From the NCBI GenBank assembly GCA_038913135.1, contig JBCLES010000001.1, positions 31,823 through 95,822 of the forward strand: DNA of 64,000 bases, written 5' to 3'. Positions 45,509-53,810 of the stretch are shown piece after piece (position 1 is the first letter of the stretch; the number at the start of each line of letters is the position of its first letter). The notes under the pieces are model-generated. The model ran no database searches, was not told where the DNA came from, and saw only the letters and a program-made list of their open reading frames with translations. The stretch comes from Anaerolineae bacterium (GTDB taxonomy: Bacteria > Chloroflexota > Anaerolineae > Epilineales > Epilineaceae). Made by a program: the position numbers and the translations under genes.

Positions 45509-45537
45509 ATTGTATCCCACCGCCAGGGCCGTCGCAA
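45509..45537 (-). promoter_or_regulatory. Sigma70-type promoter for the zinc-ribbon/winged-helix operon
   Basis: On the minus strand the sequence is TTGCGA, a 17-nt spacer, then TACAAT. It lies about 38 nt upstream of the GTG at 45471. Confidence 0.5.
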
Positions 45538-45765
45538 CCGATCGCCGATCGGAGCAATCGAATCGAAGTCGACAGTGGCCTTGCTACTCGATTTCTACCT
45601 TTCCTTCTCCTTGGCCCGTTGCGGATACGATATGGTCTCCTCCTGTAAATGGACGATGTGGTACTTATCTTGTCAATCATGGTTGGGTATTCCGGCGTAC
45701 TTCGCCGGCCGTTCGGACTCAACATCGACTCGCGCGGCCTTGCCGCCAACCAAGAGGAGTCTTCG

Positions 45766-46245
45766 ATGAAGGCTCGGGACTCGATCTCTAAGAAGATCGA
45801 CCACTTATTCATCACAGTTCTGCGGGCAGATGGACGCGAGTACACCTACGACGACGTGGAACGTGGAACGGATGGGCGAGTTTCGCGCTCCTACGTCTGG
45901 AAGCTTCGACACGGGCGGAACGGCAATCCAAGTCTTGACGTCATTGAGGCTCTCTCGCAATTCTTTATGGTTCCGCCTTCTTACTTCTTCGGACAACCGC
46001 TTGCCGACGACGTGCAGGCGCGTGAAGCGGCCGCGGTTTCAGCGCTCTTGAACGACCCGTTAGCGCGAGGGGTCGCCGAGCGCGCGCGCGGTCTAAGCCC
46101 TTCTTCAATCCATGCCATCGAGAATCTTGTGGACAGTCTTCGGAAGATCGAAGGATTGAAGAACGGTCGGTCTCGACAAGCCATTACGCGCTTGGCGAAC
46201 GCCAGTGTTGGAGTTTACGAAACTGCGGACAGATCGCACGGTTGA
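45766..46245 (+). CDS. EspR-like HTH (XRE-type) nucleoid-associated regulator
   Basis: By eye it aligns with mycobacterial EspR along its length: LF.TV...SYVWKLRHGRNGNPS...ALSQFF..PPSYF and the C-terminal RARGLSPSS...LRKIEGL. The ATG at 45766 follows AGAGGAG with a 6-nt spacer. Confidence 0.7.
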   Translation: MKARDSISKKIDHLFITVLRADGREYTYDDVERGTDGRVSRSYVWKLRHGRNGNPSLDVIEALSQFFMVPPSYFFGQPLADDVQAREAAAVSALLNDPLARGVAERARGLSPSSIHAIENLVDSLRKIEGLKNGRSRQAITRLANASVGVYETADRSHG

Positions 46246-46452
46246 TGCTTTGTAGCGACCAAGAATGGCGCCCCGCCGAACCGACACCGACTCTCCGAAT
46301 GGTCGCCGGAGTCCTGCAAGCTCCACTGGACGACTGCTTTTCGGCAATGACCCTTCCGGCGACTGTCGTGGCTTGAACGTGTCACCGAAACGGCCGAACT
46401 GTGACTCCGAAAGACACAAACGCGCGGTCCGGATCGTAGACTGTTTCGGACA

Positions 46453-47169
46453 ATGTCCTTCTTCGATCTCCTCATGCCACCGCGATGCGTCGTCCGAGGG
46501 TGCGCGCGGAGAGGTACATGGTTCTGCGAACGATGTGCTGAAGACATAGAGCAACCCGGACCAGCCTGTTGCACCAGATGTCTTGACGCTGAAGCCGATC
46601 CGCTAACCCTCTTGTGCGCGCGCTGTGCCGAAGGAACGCCGGCGTTCGAGCGGGTCTACGCCGCCGGCTTGTACGAACCGCCGTTGCGTGATCTCGTTCA
46701 CGCGCTCAAATACCGAAGGGTTCGGCCGGTGGCTTTGGAGTTAGCGGCGCTGATCAGCATCGCCCTGCCGCCGCTTGATCGATCGGTCGTGGTCGTACCG
46801 GTTCCGAGCCATCGCCGCCGGGTACGCTCCCGCGGCATCGATCCGGCACGGCTCATCGCTAGCCGGCTCGCTGATCGGCGTGCACTGAAGTACGAGCCGA
46901 AAGCGATCGTTCGTACACGCAACACCCCACCGCAAGTTATGCGAGACAACGCGAGCCGGAGCGAGAACGTTAAGGCGGCGTTCCGCGACGAAAACAGAGT
47001 GCACGGATGTCGCGTGCTGCTCGTCGACGATGTGTTCACGACCGGCGCCACATCCAACGCATGCGCCTTGGCGCTACGCGAGGGCGGGGCGACCGACGTG
47101 ATCGTCGTCGTAGCGGCCCGAGCGACGTCGACACAGCGCCATGGTCGCACCGATCCGCGAGGACTATAA
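46453..47169 (+). CDS. comF: ComF-family phosphoribosyltransferase
   Basis: An N-terminal Cys4 region (PPRCVVRGC...WFCERC..CCTRC) is followed by the PRTase motif VLLVDDVFTTGAT. Confidence 0.8.
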   Translation: MSFFDLLMPPRCVVRGCARRGTWFCERCAEDIEQPGPACCTRCLDAEADPLTLLCARCAEGTPAFERVYAAGLYEPPLRDLVHALKYRRVRPVALELAALISIALPPLDRSVVVVPVPSHRRRVRSRGIDPARLIASRLADRRALKYEPKAIVRTRNTPPQVMRDNASRSENVKAAFRDENRVHGCRVLLVDDVFTTGATSNACALALREGGATDVIVVVAARATSTQRHGRTDPRGL

Positions 47170-47198
47170 TCGGATCCCCCGCCCAGGAGGTTTCTAAG

Positions 47199-47741
47199 AT
47201 GGAATTCGAGCTTTCCGCAAAGGATGTCGAGCTTAACGACGAAGTCCGCGATTATGTCGAGCGCAAGGTCGGCCGCATGGATCGCCACCTTTCCGACATC
47301 GCCTCAACGCGAGTAGAGCTGCGCCATGGCGTGAAGAAGACCATGGGCGAAGTGTTCACGACACAGATCACCACTCATGCCGACAGGTCCATTCTTCGAT
47401 CCGAGGAGATGCACTCGGACCTCTATGCTTCGATCGACCTAGCCGCGGACAAGATCCTTCGGCAAGTCGACAAGTTGAAAGGCAAGCGATTGAAGCGGTG
47501 GCACAGCGGCAGTCTTCCTGTGCCCGAAATGGAAGAGCCGATCTTCGAAGCAGAAGTGCCTCGGATCATGCGCCGGAAGATGTTCGAAGTGTATTCGATG
47601 GACGAGGACGAGGCCGTCGACCAGATCGAGCTCTTGGGACATGATTTCTTCCTGTATCGAGACGCCGACAGTGGCCACGTCAACGTGCTTTACCGTCGCA
47701 AGGATGGCAGCCTCGGCTTGATCGCTCCGATCATGGCCTGA
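47199..47741 (+). CDS. hpf: Ribosome hibernation-promoting factor, long form
   Basis: The N-terminus is MEFELSAKDVELNDEVRDYVERKV. The C-terminal dimerisation domain reads MDEDEAVDQIELLGHDFFLYRDADSGHVNVLYRRKDG. AGGAGG lies 8 nt upstream. Confidence 0.9.
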   Translation: MEFELSAKDVELNDEVRDYVERKVGRMDRHLSDIASTRVELRHGVKKTMGEVFTTQITTHADRSILRSEEMHSDLYASIDLAADKILRQVDKLKGKRLKRWHSGSLPVPEMEEPIFEAEVPRIMRRKMFEVYSMDEDEAVDQIELLGHDFFLYRDADSGHVNVLYRRKDGSLGLIAPIMA

Positions 47742-47748
47742 TCGGCCG

Positions 47749-48246
47749 GTGAGTGATCCGGAAGCGCTCGCCGCGGCGCGACACAAGCGATCGATTCTCG
47801 TCGTCTGCACGGCCAATCAATGTAGATCAGCGATGGCGGAAGGCATCCTCCTGCAGCGCCTTGCCCGTTCCGGCGAATGCGGTGTCTACGTTGAGTCCGC
47901 GGGAACGTGGGCACAAGCCGGTGTTCCAGCGACCAACGACGCAGTCACGGTGATGGCGGTGCGCGGGATCGACATAACCGCGCATCGTTCCCGCGAGGTG
48001 AGTGCCGCGATGATCGATGCTGCCGATCTCGTGCTCGTGATGACCACGGGGCACCTCGAGGCACTAGCGGCCGAGAGATCAGCTGTAGACGAGAAGCTGC
48101 GCTTGTTCAGCGAGCTTGGCGGGACACGCTACGACATCTTGGACCCGGTCGGTCAAGGCGTTGCGACTTATCGCGCCACGGCGGATGAGCTAGACCGATT
48201 GATAGATGCCGGGTGGGCCATGATCGTAGGCGACGGAAATTTGTAG
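47749..48246 (+). CDS. Low-molecular-weight protein-tyrosine phosphatase / ArsC-like
   Basis: The CX5R(S/T) P-loop is VCTANQCRS, and the downstream DP Asp loop is DILDPVG. The protein is 165 aa. Confidence 0.85.
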   Translation: MSDPEALAAARHKRSILVVCTANQCRSAMAEGILLQRLARSGECGVYVESAGTWAQAGVPATNDAVTVMAVRGIDITAHRSREVSAAMIDAADLVLVMTTGHLEALAAERSAVDEKLRLFSELGGTRYDILDPVGQGVATYRATADELDRLIDAGWAMIVGDGNL

Positions 48247-48302
48247 ATGCGCTAATGAGCTTTTGGGCTTACGGGCTCAGGGATTCCCGGGCGCGCCGGT
48301 CA

Positions 48303-49085
48303 TCACGGACGCCGATTGAGCCTTCTATGAACCTCAACGATGGTTTGCAGTTCAGTCACAGCCATGGCGACGGCGAGCCGGGCGCCAAGGAGTCCGTCGC
48401 GATATCCGCCGAGTGAGACGAAGCGGCGCACGAACTCGTGCACGGGGCGCGTGAGCAGATGCCTGGTCACCGGCACATCGCCTTCGGCGATCCGCCGATC
48501 AGCTTCAAGCCGCCCATACGATTGCTGCTTCTCCTTGAACTCTGGCATCGAGGAATAGTTCAGGTGGAAGAGCGACTGCGAAAGCGTGCCGATTTCCCCT
48601 TCGACCTCCGCGAGCTCATGCACTGCGCGCCGCGGATCGTAGCGGCTCGCGGAGACTCGAAGAAGCCGCAACTGGCGATCCGGCCACCAGCCGCCGCCGC
48701 GAAGGCGATGGCCCCAGAAGTCGTTTTCCCGAGGGATCCAAAACGCGTTCGTGCTCAGTTCGACGATCGCATTTCGGATCTCGAAGGCGAGTGCGGGCGA
48801 GACGCGCTCATCGGCGTCTACAAAGAGCACCCAATCGGTCTCGATCAGCTCGAGCGCCCGCTGCCTTTGGATCGAGAAATTCTCGAAGGGGTGCTCAACA
48901 ACCCTAGCGCCATGTTCGAGAGCTATAGCTCGAGTTTCGTCCTCGGAATTCGAGTCCAGTACGAGGACGGCATCAGTCCAGCCCACGCTCTTCAGGCACG
49001 CCGGGAGGTGTTCGGCCTCGTCTCGGGTCAGGATGGCGGCGGTCACGCGTGCGATGGGCCCACCAGCCGGAAGAACGGCGCTCAC
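48303..49085 (-). CDS. Family 2 glycosyltransferase
   Basis: Motifs AILTRDEAEHLPACL, LVLDSNSEDET and the FVDADE DxD motif are present. The start overlaps the upstream GT stop (GTGA). Confidence 0.8.
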   Translation of the reverse strand: MSAVLPAGGPIARVTAAILTRDEAEHLPACLKSVGWTDAVLVLDSNSEDETRAIALEHGARVVEHPFENFSIQRQRALELIETDWVLFVDADERVSPALAFEIRNAIVELSTNAFWIPRENDFWGHRLRGGGWWPDRQLRLLRVSASRYDPRRAVHELAEVEGEIGTLSQSLFHLNYSSMPEFKEKQQSYGRLEADRRIAEGDVPVTRHLLTRPVHEFVRRFVSLGGYRDGLLGARLAVAMAVTELQTIVEVHRRLNRRP

Positions 49086-50203
49086 GTCTCGCTCTCGCCT
49101 TGCCTGATCGCTCTGTAAGCTTCAAGCCGCTCGTTTCTCTCCGCCGCCTCCATCCGCCCGCGCATGACGTCAAGCCGATCCGCAATCGAACGGGTGAAAA
49201 GTCCGGCGCTGAGCACGGCGTCGAAAAGCAGCCTTCGCCACGCGCTGCCGTGCTTCCTTGCCAGTCGCTTACGGCTTCGCCAAAGGTGAATGAAGCTAAG
49301 AGAACGGAACTGCGACGTGCTCGCCCCGGCGTGATGGACGACCTTCGCCGCCGGAACGCAGGCGATGCGCCATCCGCGGTCTCGAAGGCGCACGCACCAA
49401 TCGATCTCCTCGCAATACATGAAGAAGCCTTCGTCGAGCGGCCCTATCGATTGGACCGCCGTGCCTCGCAGAAGCATGCATGCCCCAAGGACGAAGTCGA
49501 CATCGAACGGGATTCCAGCTGCGTAACGCGATTCTGGGTAACGGCCGTTGATCGGCCGGTCGGTCAGGCGTTCGATCGGCCACAGATCGAGCACAGTTTG
49601 TACGAGCCCAGGGAATCGGAATGCGGCATGTTGAAACCGTCCGTCTGGGTAAACGAGTGCCGGCCCGACCATTCCCACCGTAGGGTCCGCATCGAGAGCG
49701 TCGCCCAGGATGTCCAGCGACTGACGAGTGATCTCGGTGTCCGGGTTGAGAAGAAGAACGTGGGTCGGCGGCCCTTCCGGGGCATCCAGCCAGCGCTTCA
49801 ATACGATGTTGTTGGCCGCGGTGAAGCCCAAGTTGCGGTCGAAACTTTCAACGTGCACCCATGGAAACCGAGCGGCGACGTGATCAGCGCTTCCGTCGCT
49901 CGAAGCGTTGTCGACCACCCAGACTTCGGATCGTCGCAATTTGTTCTCGCCGCCCGGAGCCGAGTAAGCGGCTCCGACGCTCGATTCTGATCCGCTCGAT
50001 TCACTTCCGCTCGATTCTGAATTGCTCGATTCTCCTCCGCTCGATTCAGATCCGCCCGATCCGGTCTGCCGTCCATCGTCGCCCAGCGCAAGGGCCAATG
50101 ACTTCAAGCAGGCATCGAGCAAATCGCGTGTGTTGTAGCTTACGATCACGATCCCAATGTCGGACGCAGGATCGTCTGCACCTCTAGCTTCGGCCTGACT
50201 CAC
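49082..50203 (-). CDS. Family 2 glycosyltransferase (rhamnosyl/WbbL-like) with a Ser/Glu/Gly pentapeptide-repeat insertion
   Basis: Motifs are IVIVSYNTRDLL, VVDNASSDGS and NLGFTAANN, followed by FFMYCEEIDWCVR. A (G)SESS repeat insertion sits between the first two motifs. Confidence 0.8.
   Translation of the reverse strand: MSQAEARGADDPASDIGIVIVSYNTRDLLDACLKSLALALGDDGRQTGSGGSESSGGESSNSESSGSESSGSESSVGAAYSAPGGENKLRRSEVWVVDNASSDGSADHVAARFPWVHVESFDRNLGFTAANNIVLKRWLDAPEGPPTHVLLLNPDTEITRQSLDILGDALDADPTVGMVGPALVYPDGRFQHAAFRFPGLVQTVLDLWPIERLTDRPINGRYPESRYAAGIPFDVDFVLGACMLLRGTAVQSIGPLDEGFFMYCEEIDWCVRLRDRGWRIACVPAAKVVHHAGASTSQFRSLSFIHLWRSRKRLARKHGSAWRRLLFDAVLSAGLFTRSIADRLDVMRGRMEAAERNERLEAYRAIRQGESET
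49979..50068 (-). repeat. In-frame 15-bp minisatellite (5-6 copies) encoding (G)SESS pentapeptides inside a GT2 gene
   Basis: The consecutive units are gctcgattctgatcc, gctcgattcacttcc, gctcgattctgaatt, gctcgattctcctcc, gctcgattcagatcc and a degenerate sixth. Confidence 0.9.
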
Positions 50204-51795
50204 CGCCCGCTTGGCTCGTCGAAATCGAGCGTCACCAAGCGAACACCATATGGCCCGTGCATGCGACGGACATCTTCATGTAAGAGCGAAAGGTGAGCGT
50301 TTCCGGTATGTCCGTATGTGGCTTCGACGAAGCGAACGCCGCCGAAAATCTTGACCTCGCGGTCGGGCGGCAAACAGAGATATGCTCCGGTTTCGGCATG
50401 GCAGACTTCGAGATCTTCGATCGTTCCGAGCTGCCATCGGAACGGGTACTCAAGGGAACTCTCCAGCATGTCGAAGGCTAGGCCAAGCCGAATGCTGCCC
50501 GGGCTGCGTGAGAAAACGCGCCGGATAGCGGGCGTCTCGTCGAGCGTCGCAAGGCAGTACACTCCGGCGGATCCCGGTTCTATCACGCGTCCGTTGTCGC
50601 CATCCGATTCGAAGACATACACCTCTGCCGACTCATCGATAGTACCGTCAGGCGCGTCGAGCCGGACGCAAAGCGCCGGACCGTCGGAGTCGGCGACGTT
50701 GATCTGTGCGTCGTCGCCTGCGCCGAAGTCAACGCTCGCGGGCAGGGCGACGAATGGCAACTTCACGCCCGCGAGAGTGGCACCTCGCCTAACCACGACC
50801 AGCCACTCCTCAGGCGCCGGCATGTTGTAGCTGCGATCGCTGTCGAAAACGGTCCCCGGCTCCGGGCCGCGAGTTCTCACCGGTGTATCGCCTGTGTTTC
50901 GAACGGTTGCGGTAAAGTAGATGGTCTCGCCGAGCGACACGAGCGTCTTGCTCCACTCGACGTCGCCGACGAGAGCTGCGCTAGGCAGGCCGCCGTTCTC
51001 AATTCGGAGCGGCGCTCGATGCGCGGCGATGTTGCCCGCGGCATCTTTAGCTTCCGCGACGACAAAGTAGTCCCCATTCTTAGGGGGCGGTGCATCTGCA
51101 TCGACTCCGGCATCGTAGTCGATCACGTGCGGTCCCGGTTCGCCGGGCCGTTCGGCGGTGCTGACTGCGGCAAGAATGTCACCGATGTAATCGCCGCTTG
51201 CTGTTTCGAGCCACATCCTGACGTCAGCTGGTTCATCAAGACGATAGCTGATCGAAATTCGGTCGTTGATGCCGTCTTGGTTCGGGCTGAACGTTGGCGG
51301 ATGGACCGTGAAACCTTCGAGTACCGGCGCGACGGCGTCCGCGTTGCGGATCGACAGCGTGCGGGTCTCGATCATAAGCCCGTCGCCGCTTTCGCCGTCG
51401 GGCATCGCTTCGATCGAGACGGTGTATTCGCCGTCAGCCAGCATGTGGCCGTCGATAACTCCGCCGAAAAGCGTTTCGTAGCCGGCGCCGGGCTCACGCG
51501 CCTTTTCCTGCCTGAGGGCGAAGCGATCGGTCAATTCGTCAGGTCCGATCAAGAAGATCGACACAACGGCCGGTCGACCGACGGAATAGGTGATGCGCGT
51601 CACGTCCTCGACCCCGTCCCGATCGGGCGTGATCTCCGAGGGCGCGAGAGCGACCCCGAAAAGCAGCGGCTCATTCGAGCAGCCAAGAACGGTTAGGCCG
51701 AGCAGCGCCGTCATTACAAATGCAGCGACGAAGGCGCGGGCATGTAGTAAGGCAATAGCGACGTGGAGCCGAATTGCCGGGGTAGGAAAACGCAT
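50200..51795 (-). CDS. Putative lipoprotein with FlgD-Ig-like domains
   Basis: The lipobox-like motif is LTVLGC. Two repeats read ITPDRDGVEDVTRITYSV and FSPNQDGINDRISISYRL, the FlgD-Ig/FlgD-tudor style. The stop overlaps the downstream GT start. Confidence 0.6.
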   Translation of the reverse strand: MRFPTPAIRLHVAIALLHARAFVAAFVMTALLGLTVLGCSNEPLLFGVALAPSEITPDRDGVEDVTRITYSVGRPAVVSIFLIGPDELTDRFALRQEKAREPGAGYETLFGGVIDGHMLADGEYTVSIEAMPDGESGDGLMIETRTLSIRNADAVAPVLEGFTVHPPTFSPNQDGINDRISISYRLDEPADVRMWLETASGDYIGDILAAVSTAERPGEPGPHVIDYDAGVDADAPPPKNGDYFVVAEAKDAAGNIAAHRAPLRIENGGLPSAALVGDVEWSKTLVSLGETIYFTATVRNTGDTPVRTRGPEPGTVFDSDRSYNMPAPEEWLVVVRRGATLAGVKLPFVALPASVDFGAGDDAQINVADSDGPALCVRLDAPDGTIDESAEVYVFESDGDNGRVIEPGSAGVYCLATLDETPAIRRVFSRSPGSIRLGLAFDMLESSLEYPFRWQLGTIEDLEVCHAETGAYLCLPPDREVKIFGGVRFVEATYGHTGNAHLSLLHEDVRRMHGPYGVRLVTLDFDEPSGR

Positions 51796-51861
51796 GCGGG
51801 CGAGTGTACCAGAGGGCAGGCAGCCATCAAATCACGCGCGACCCCAATTCAAGCCAGCGCA

Positions 51862-51870
51862 TGCTAAAAT
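51862..51870 (+). promoter_or_regulatory. Extended -10 element placed for a leaderless folC transcript
   Basis: TGcTAAAAT ends 6 nt before the folC ATG at 51877. No Shine-Dalgarno is present. Confidence 0.4.
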
Positions 51871-51876
51871 CCGCCG

Positions 51877-53292
51877 ATGAGCGGAGACTGGCAGCGAGCG
51901 CTCGACTATCTCTATGGCTTCACGAATTGGGAAACACGCCAATTCGGTGCGGCCGGCGAGCATAAGTTCGAATTGGGGCGGATAGTCGCGCTGCTCGACG
52001 CGATCGACAACCCGCAGAGCGCCTGGCCGGCAGTCCACGTCGGTGGAACGAACGGCAAGGGCTCGACGTGCGCGATGGTCGCGGCCGTGCTGACGGCTGC
52101 CGGCTACCGGGTCGGCCTTTACACGTCGCCACATCTCCACACGGTACGGGAGAGGATTCAGGTCAACGGTCGGCTAATCGACGAAGCTGAAGTCATGGCT
52201 TGGATCGATAGAAGGCGAGAGACCCTTGCCCACTTTCCGGAAGCCACGACGTTCGAGGTCCTGACGGCATTAGCCTTCGATCATTTCGCCGCGACTTCGG
52301 TGGATATCGCGGTTATCGAGGTCGGGCTGGGTGGGCGGCTCGACACCACGCGGGTGATCACACCGGTGGTCTGCGCCCTGACTCCGATTTCGTTGGACCA
52401 CATGGAAGTCCTAGGATCGACAGTCAGGCAGATCGCTTCGGACAAGGTCGGGATCTTGCGCCCAGGCACGCCGCTAGTCACTGCGCCACAAGTCGAAGAG
52501 GCGGAAGCCGTGATCGAGGCGGAGAGACTGCGGCTGGGCTGCCCGCGCTTGGCCGTCGGAGTCGACATAATCGTCGAAGGCCAAGGTCAGGATGCGATTG
52601 GGCAGCGGATCAGGATCAGTCGCTCGGATGATGGTTCGCGTCGCGGCGACGTGCATCGCTTGGTGAATGGCTTGCTCGAACAGCCGCTCGACGCGGCGCT
52701 ACATCTGGATGGACCACACCAGCGGATCAATGCGGGCGTCGCGGTGGGGATCTGCCTTGAACTCGAGAACGCCGGGTGGGGTCTGTCGACGCAAGCGCTT
52801 GTCGCCGGACTGGCCGATGCGCGCTGGCCGGCACGTTTCGAACGCTTCGACTTCGGGGGCGAACGGTCGGTGATCTATGTCGACGGCGCGCATAATCCGG
52901 GCTCCATGGATGCATTGCGCCATGCGCTCGAAGAGCGTGCGCCCGGCGTGCCGTTGCGCATCATATTGGGCGTCGGTCTGGGCAAGGATCTCGATGCGAT
53001 CCTCGATGTGTTGACGGCGCCTCCCGCGCTCAAGATCGTTCAAGTGCTTGCGACCCGCTCCGAACACCCGAAGGCAATGTCACCGGAAACCCTTGCCGCC
53101 GCGATCGCGTCACGCGGACTTGATGTAGTTGCGATCGCTTCGCCGCTGGAGGCCCTGGAGCAAGCGCTTCGCCTTTCGGGTCCAGAGGAATGCATCCTAG
53201 CGACCGGATCGCTTTTCCTAGCGGCCGATATCAGGGAGGCGCTCGCAGAGCGTGGTGACATTCCCATGCCGCAGCGAGATCCGCCTCGATGA
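51877..53292 (+). CDS. folC: Folylpolyglutamate synthase / dihydrofolate synthase
   Basis: The P-loop is HVGGTNGKGST, with a Mur-ligase central and C-terminal pattern (DGAHNP). The protein is 471 aa. Confidence 0.9.
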   Translation: MSGDWQRALDYLYGFTNWETRQFGAAGEHKFELGRIVALLDAIDNPQSAWPAVHVGGTNGKGSTCAMVAAVLTAAGYRVGLYTSPHLHTVRERIQVNGRLIDEAEVMAWIDRRRETLAHFPEATTFEVLTALAFDHFAATSVDIAVIEVGLGGRLDTTRVITPVVCALTPISLDHMEVLGSTVRQIASDKVGILRPGTPLVTAPQVEEAEAVIEAERLRLGCPRLAVGVDIIVEGQGQDAIGQRIRISRSDDGSRRGDVHRLVNGLLEQPLDAALHLDGPHQRINAGVAVGICLELENAGWGLSTQALVAGLADARWPARFERFDFGGERSVIYVDGAHNPGSMDALRHALEERAPGVPLRIILGVGLGKDLDAILDVLTAPPALKIVQVLATRSEHPKAMSPETLAAAIASRGLDVVAIASPLEALEQALRLSGPEECILATGSLFLAADIREALAERGDIPMPQRDPPR

Positions 53293-53307
53293 AGGTTGGC
53301 GAGTCTT

Positions 53308-53808
53308 TCATGGCCGATTCTCGGTGATCGCGGCGTTCTTCAATGCTGACGGTAGGAAGACATGAACCATCTCGATTGTCGGGGAAGCAGTAGCCGTATG
53401 TGTCCCGGCAAGACTTGTAGCTGTCGATGAAGGAGTCGACGAAGCCAGGGCCGTTCCGGTTGACGTAGCGGTGGGCGTGCATAAACATTCCGCGGTGGCG
53501 CTCGGCAACGGAGTACCCGTAGCTGGCACGGGTGTGACCGTAACTATGGCCGTCGGCATCACGGCCGAATGTCCGGCGGCACCCCAGAAGCCGCCCACGA
53601 TTGAATACTCACCGCCGACGAGCAGGCCGGCATCGGGCTGACCGACGGACCCGTGAAGGGCGTAGTCCGCGCCGCTGATAGGGCCGCCACCGCCATCGAT
53701 AGTCCACGCGCGAAGGCTGTACGCGCCGGGCTGCGCCGTAAGCGACGCGCTCTCTCCGCGTGATCCGATGACAAGCAGCAGGAGGATAGTGAGTCCGACC
53801 CCCGTCCT
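53308..53808 (-). pseudogene. Start-less, apparently truncated remnant of a secreted protein (hydrophobic N-terminus, GQPDAG/GGFW motif, T/P/A/S linker, VFLPSALKN)
   Basis: The frame is open from the upstream stop (53811) to 53308. It has no ATG, GTG or TTG before the internal GTG at 53598, well downstream of a signal-like GLTILLLLVIGS segment. It ends 9 aa after a motif that elsewhere in this window precedes a VWA domain. Confidence 0.35.
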
Positions 53809-53810
53809 GC

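Noticed and set aside
45649-45765. Upstream in-frame start adding a hydrophobic segment to the EspR-like protein
   Set aside because: It has no Shine-Dalgarno, whereas the ATG at 45766 has AGAGGAG at ideal spacing and matches the EspR N-terminus. I kept it as a caveat only.
53231-53488. 85-aa minus-strand ORF (MFMHAHRYVNRNGPGFVDSF...) with strikingly high third-position GC
   Set aside because: Its third codon position coincides with the second position (always C) of the Thr/Pro/Ala/Ser codons in the overlapping frame, so the GC3 signal is an artefact. It also runs 62 nt into the convergent folC gene.
53559-53774. 71-aa ORF (TTG start) in the frame of the upstream fibre gene
   Set aside because: It has Arg/Ala/Ser-rich off-frame composition. 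The alternative frame carries a recognisable secreted-protein motif.
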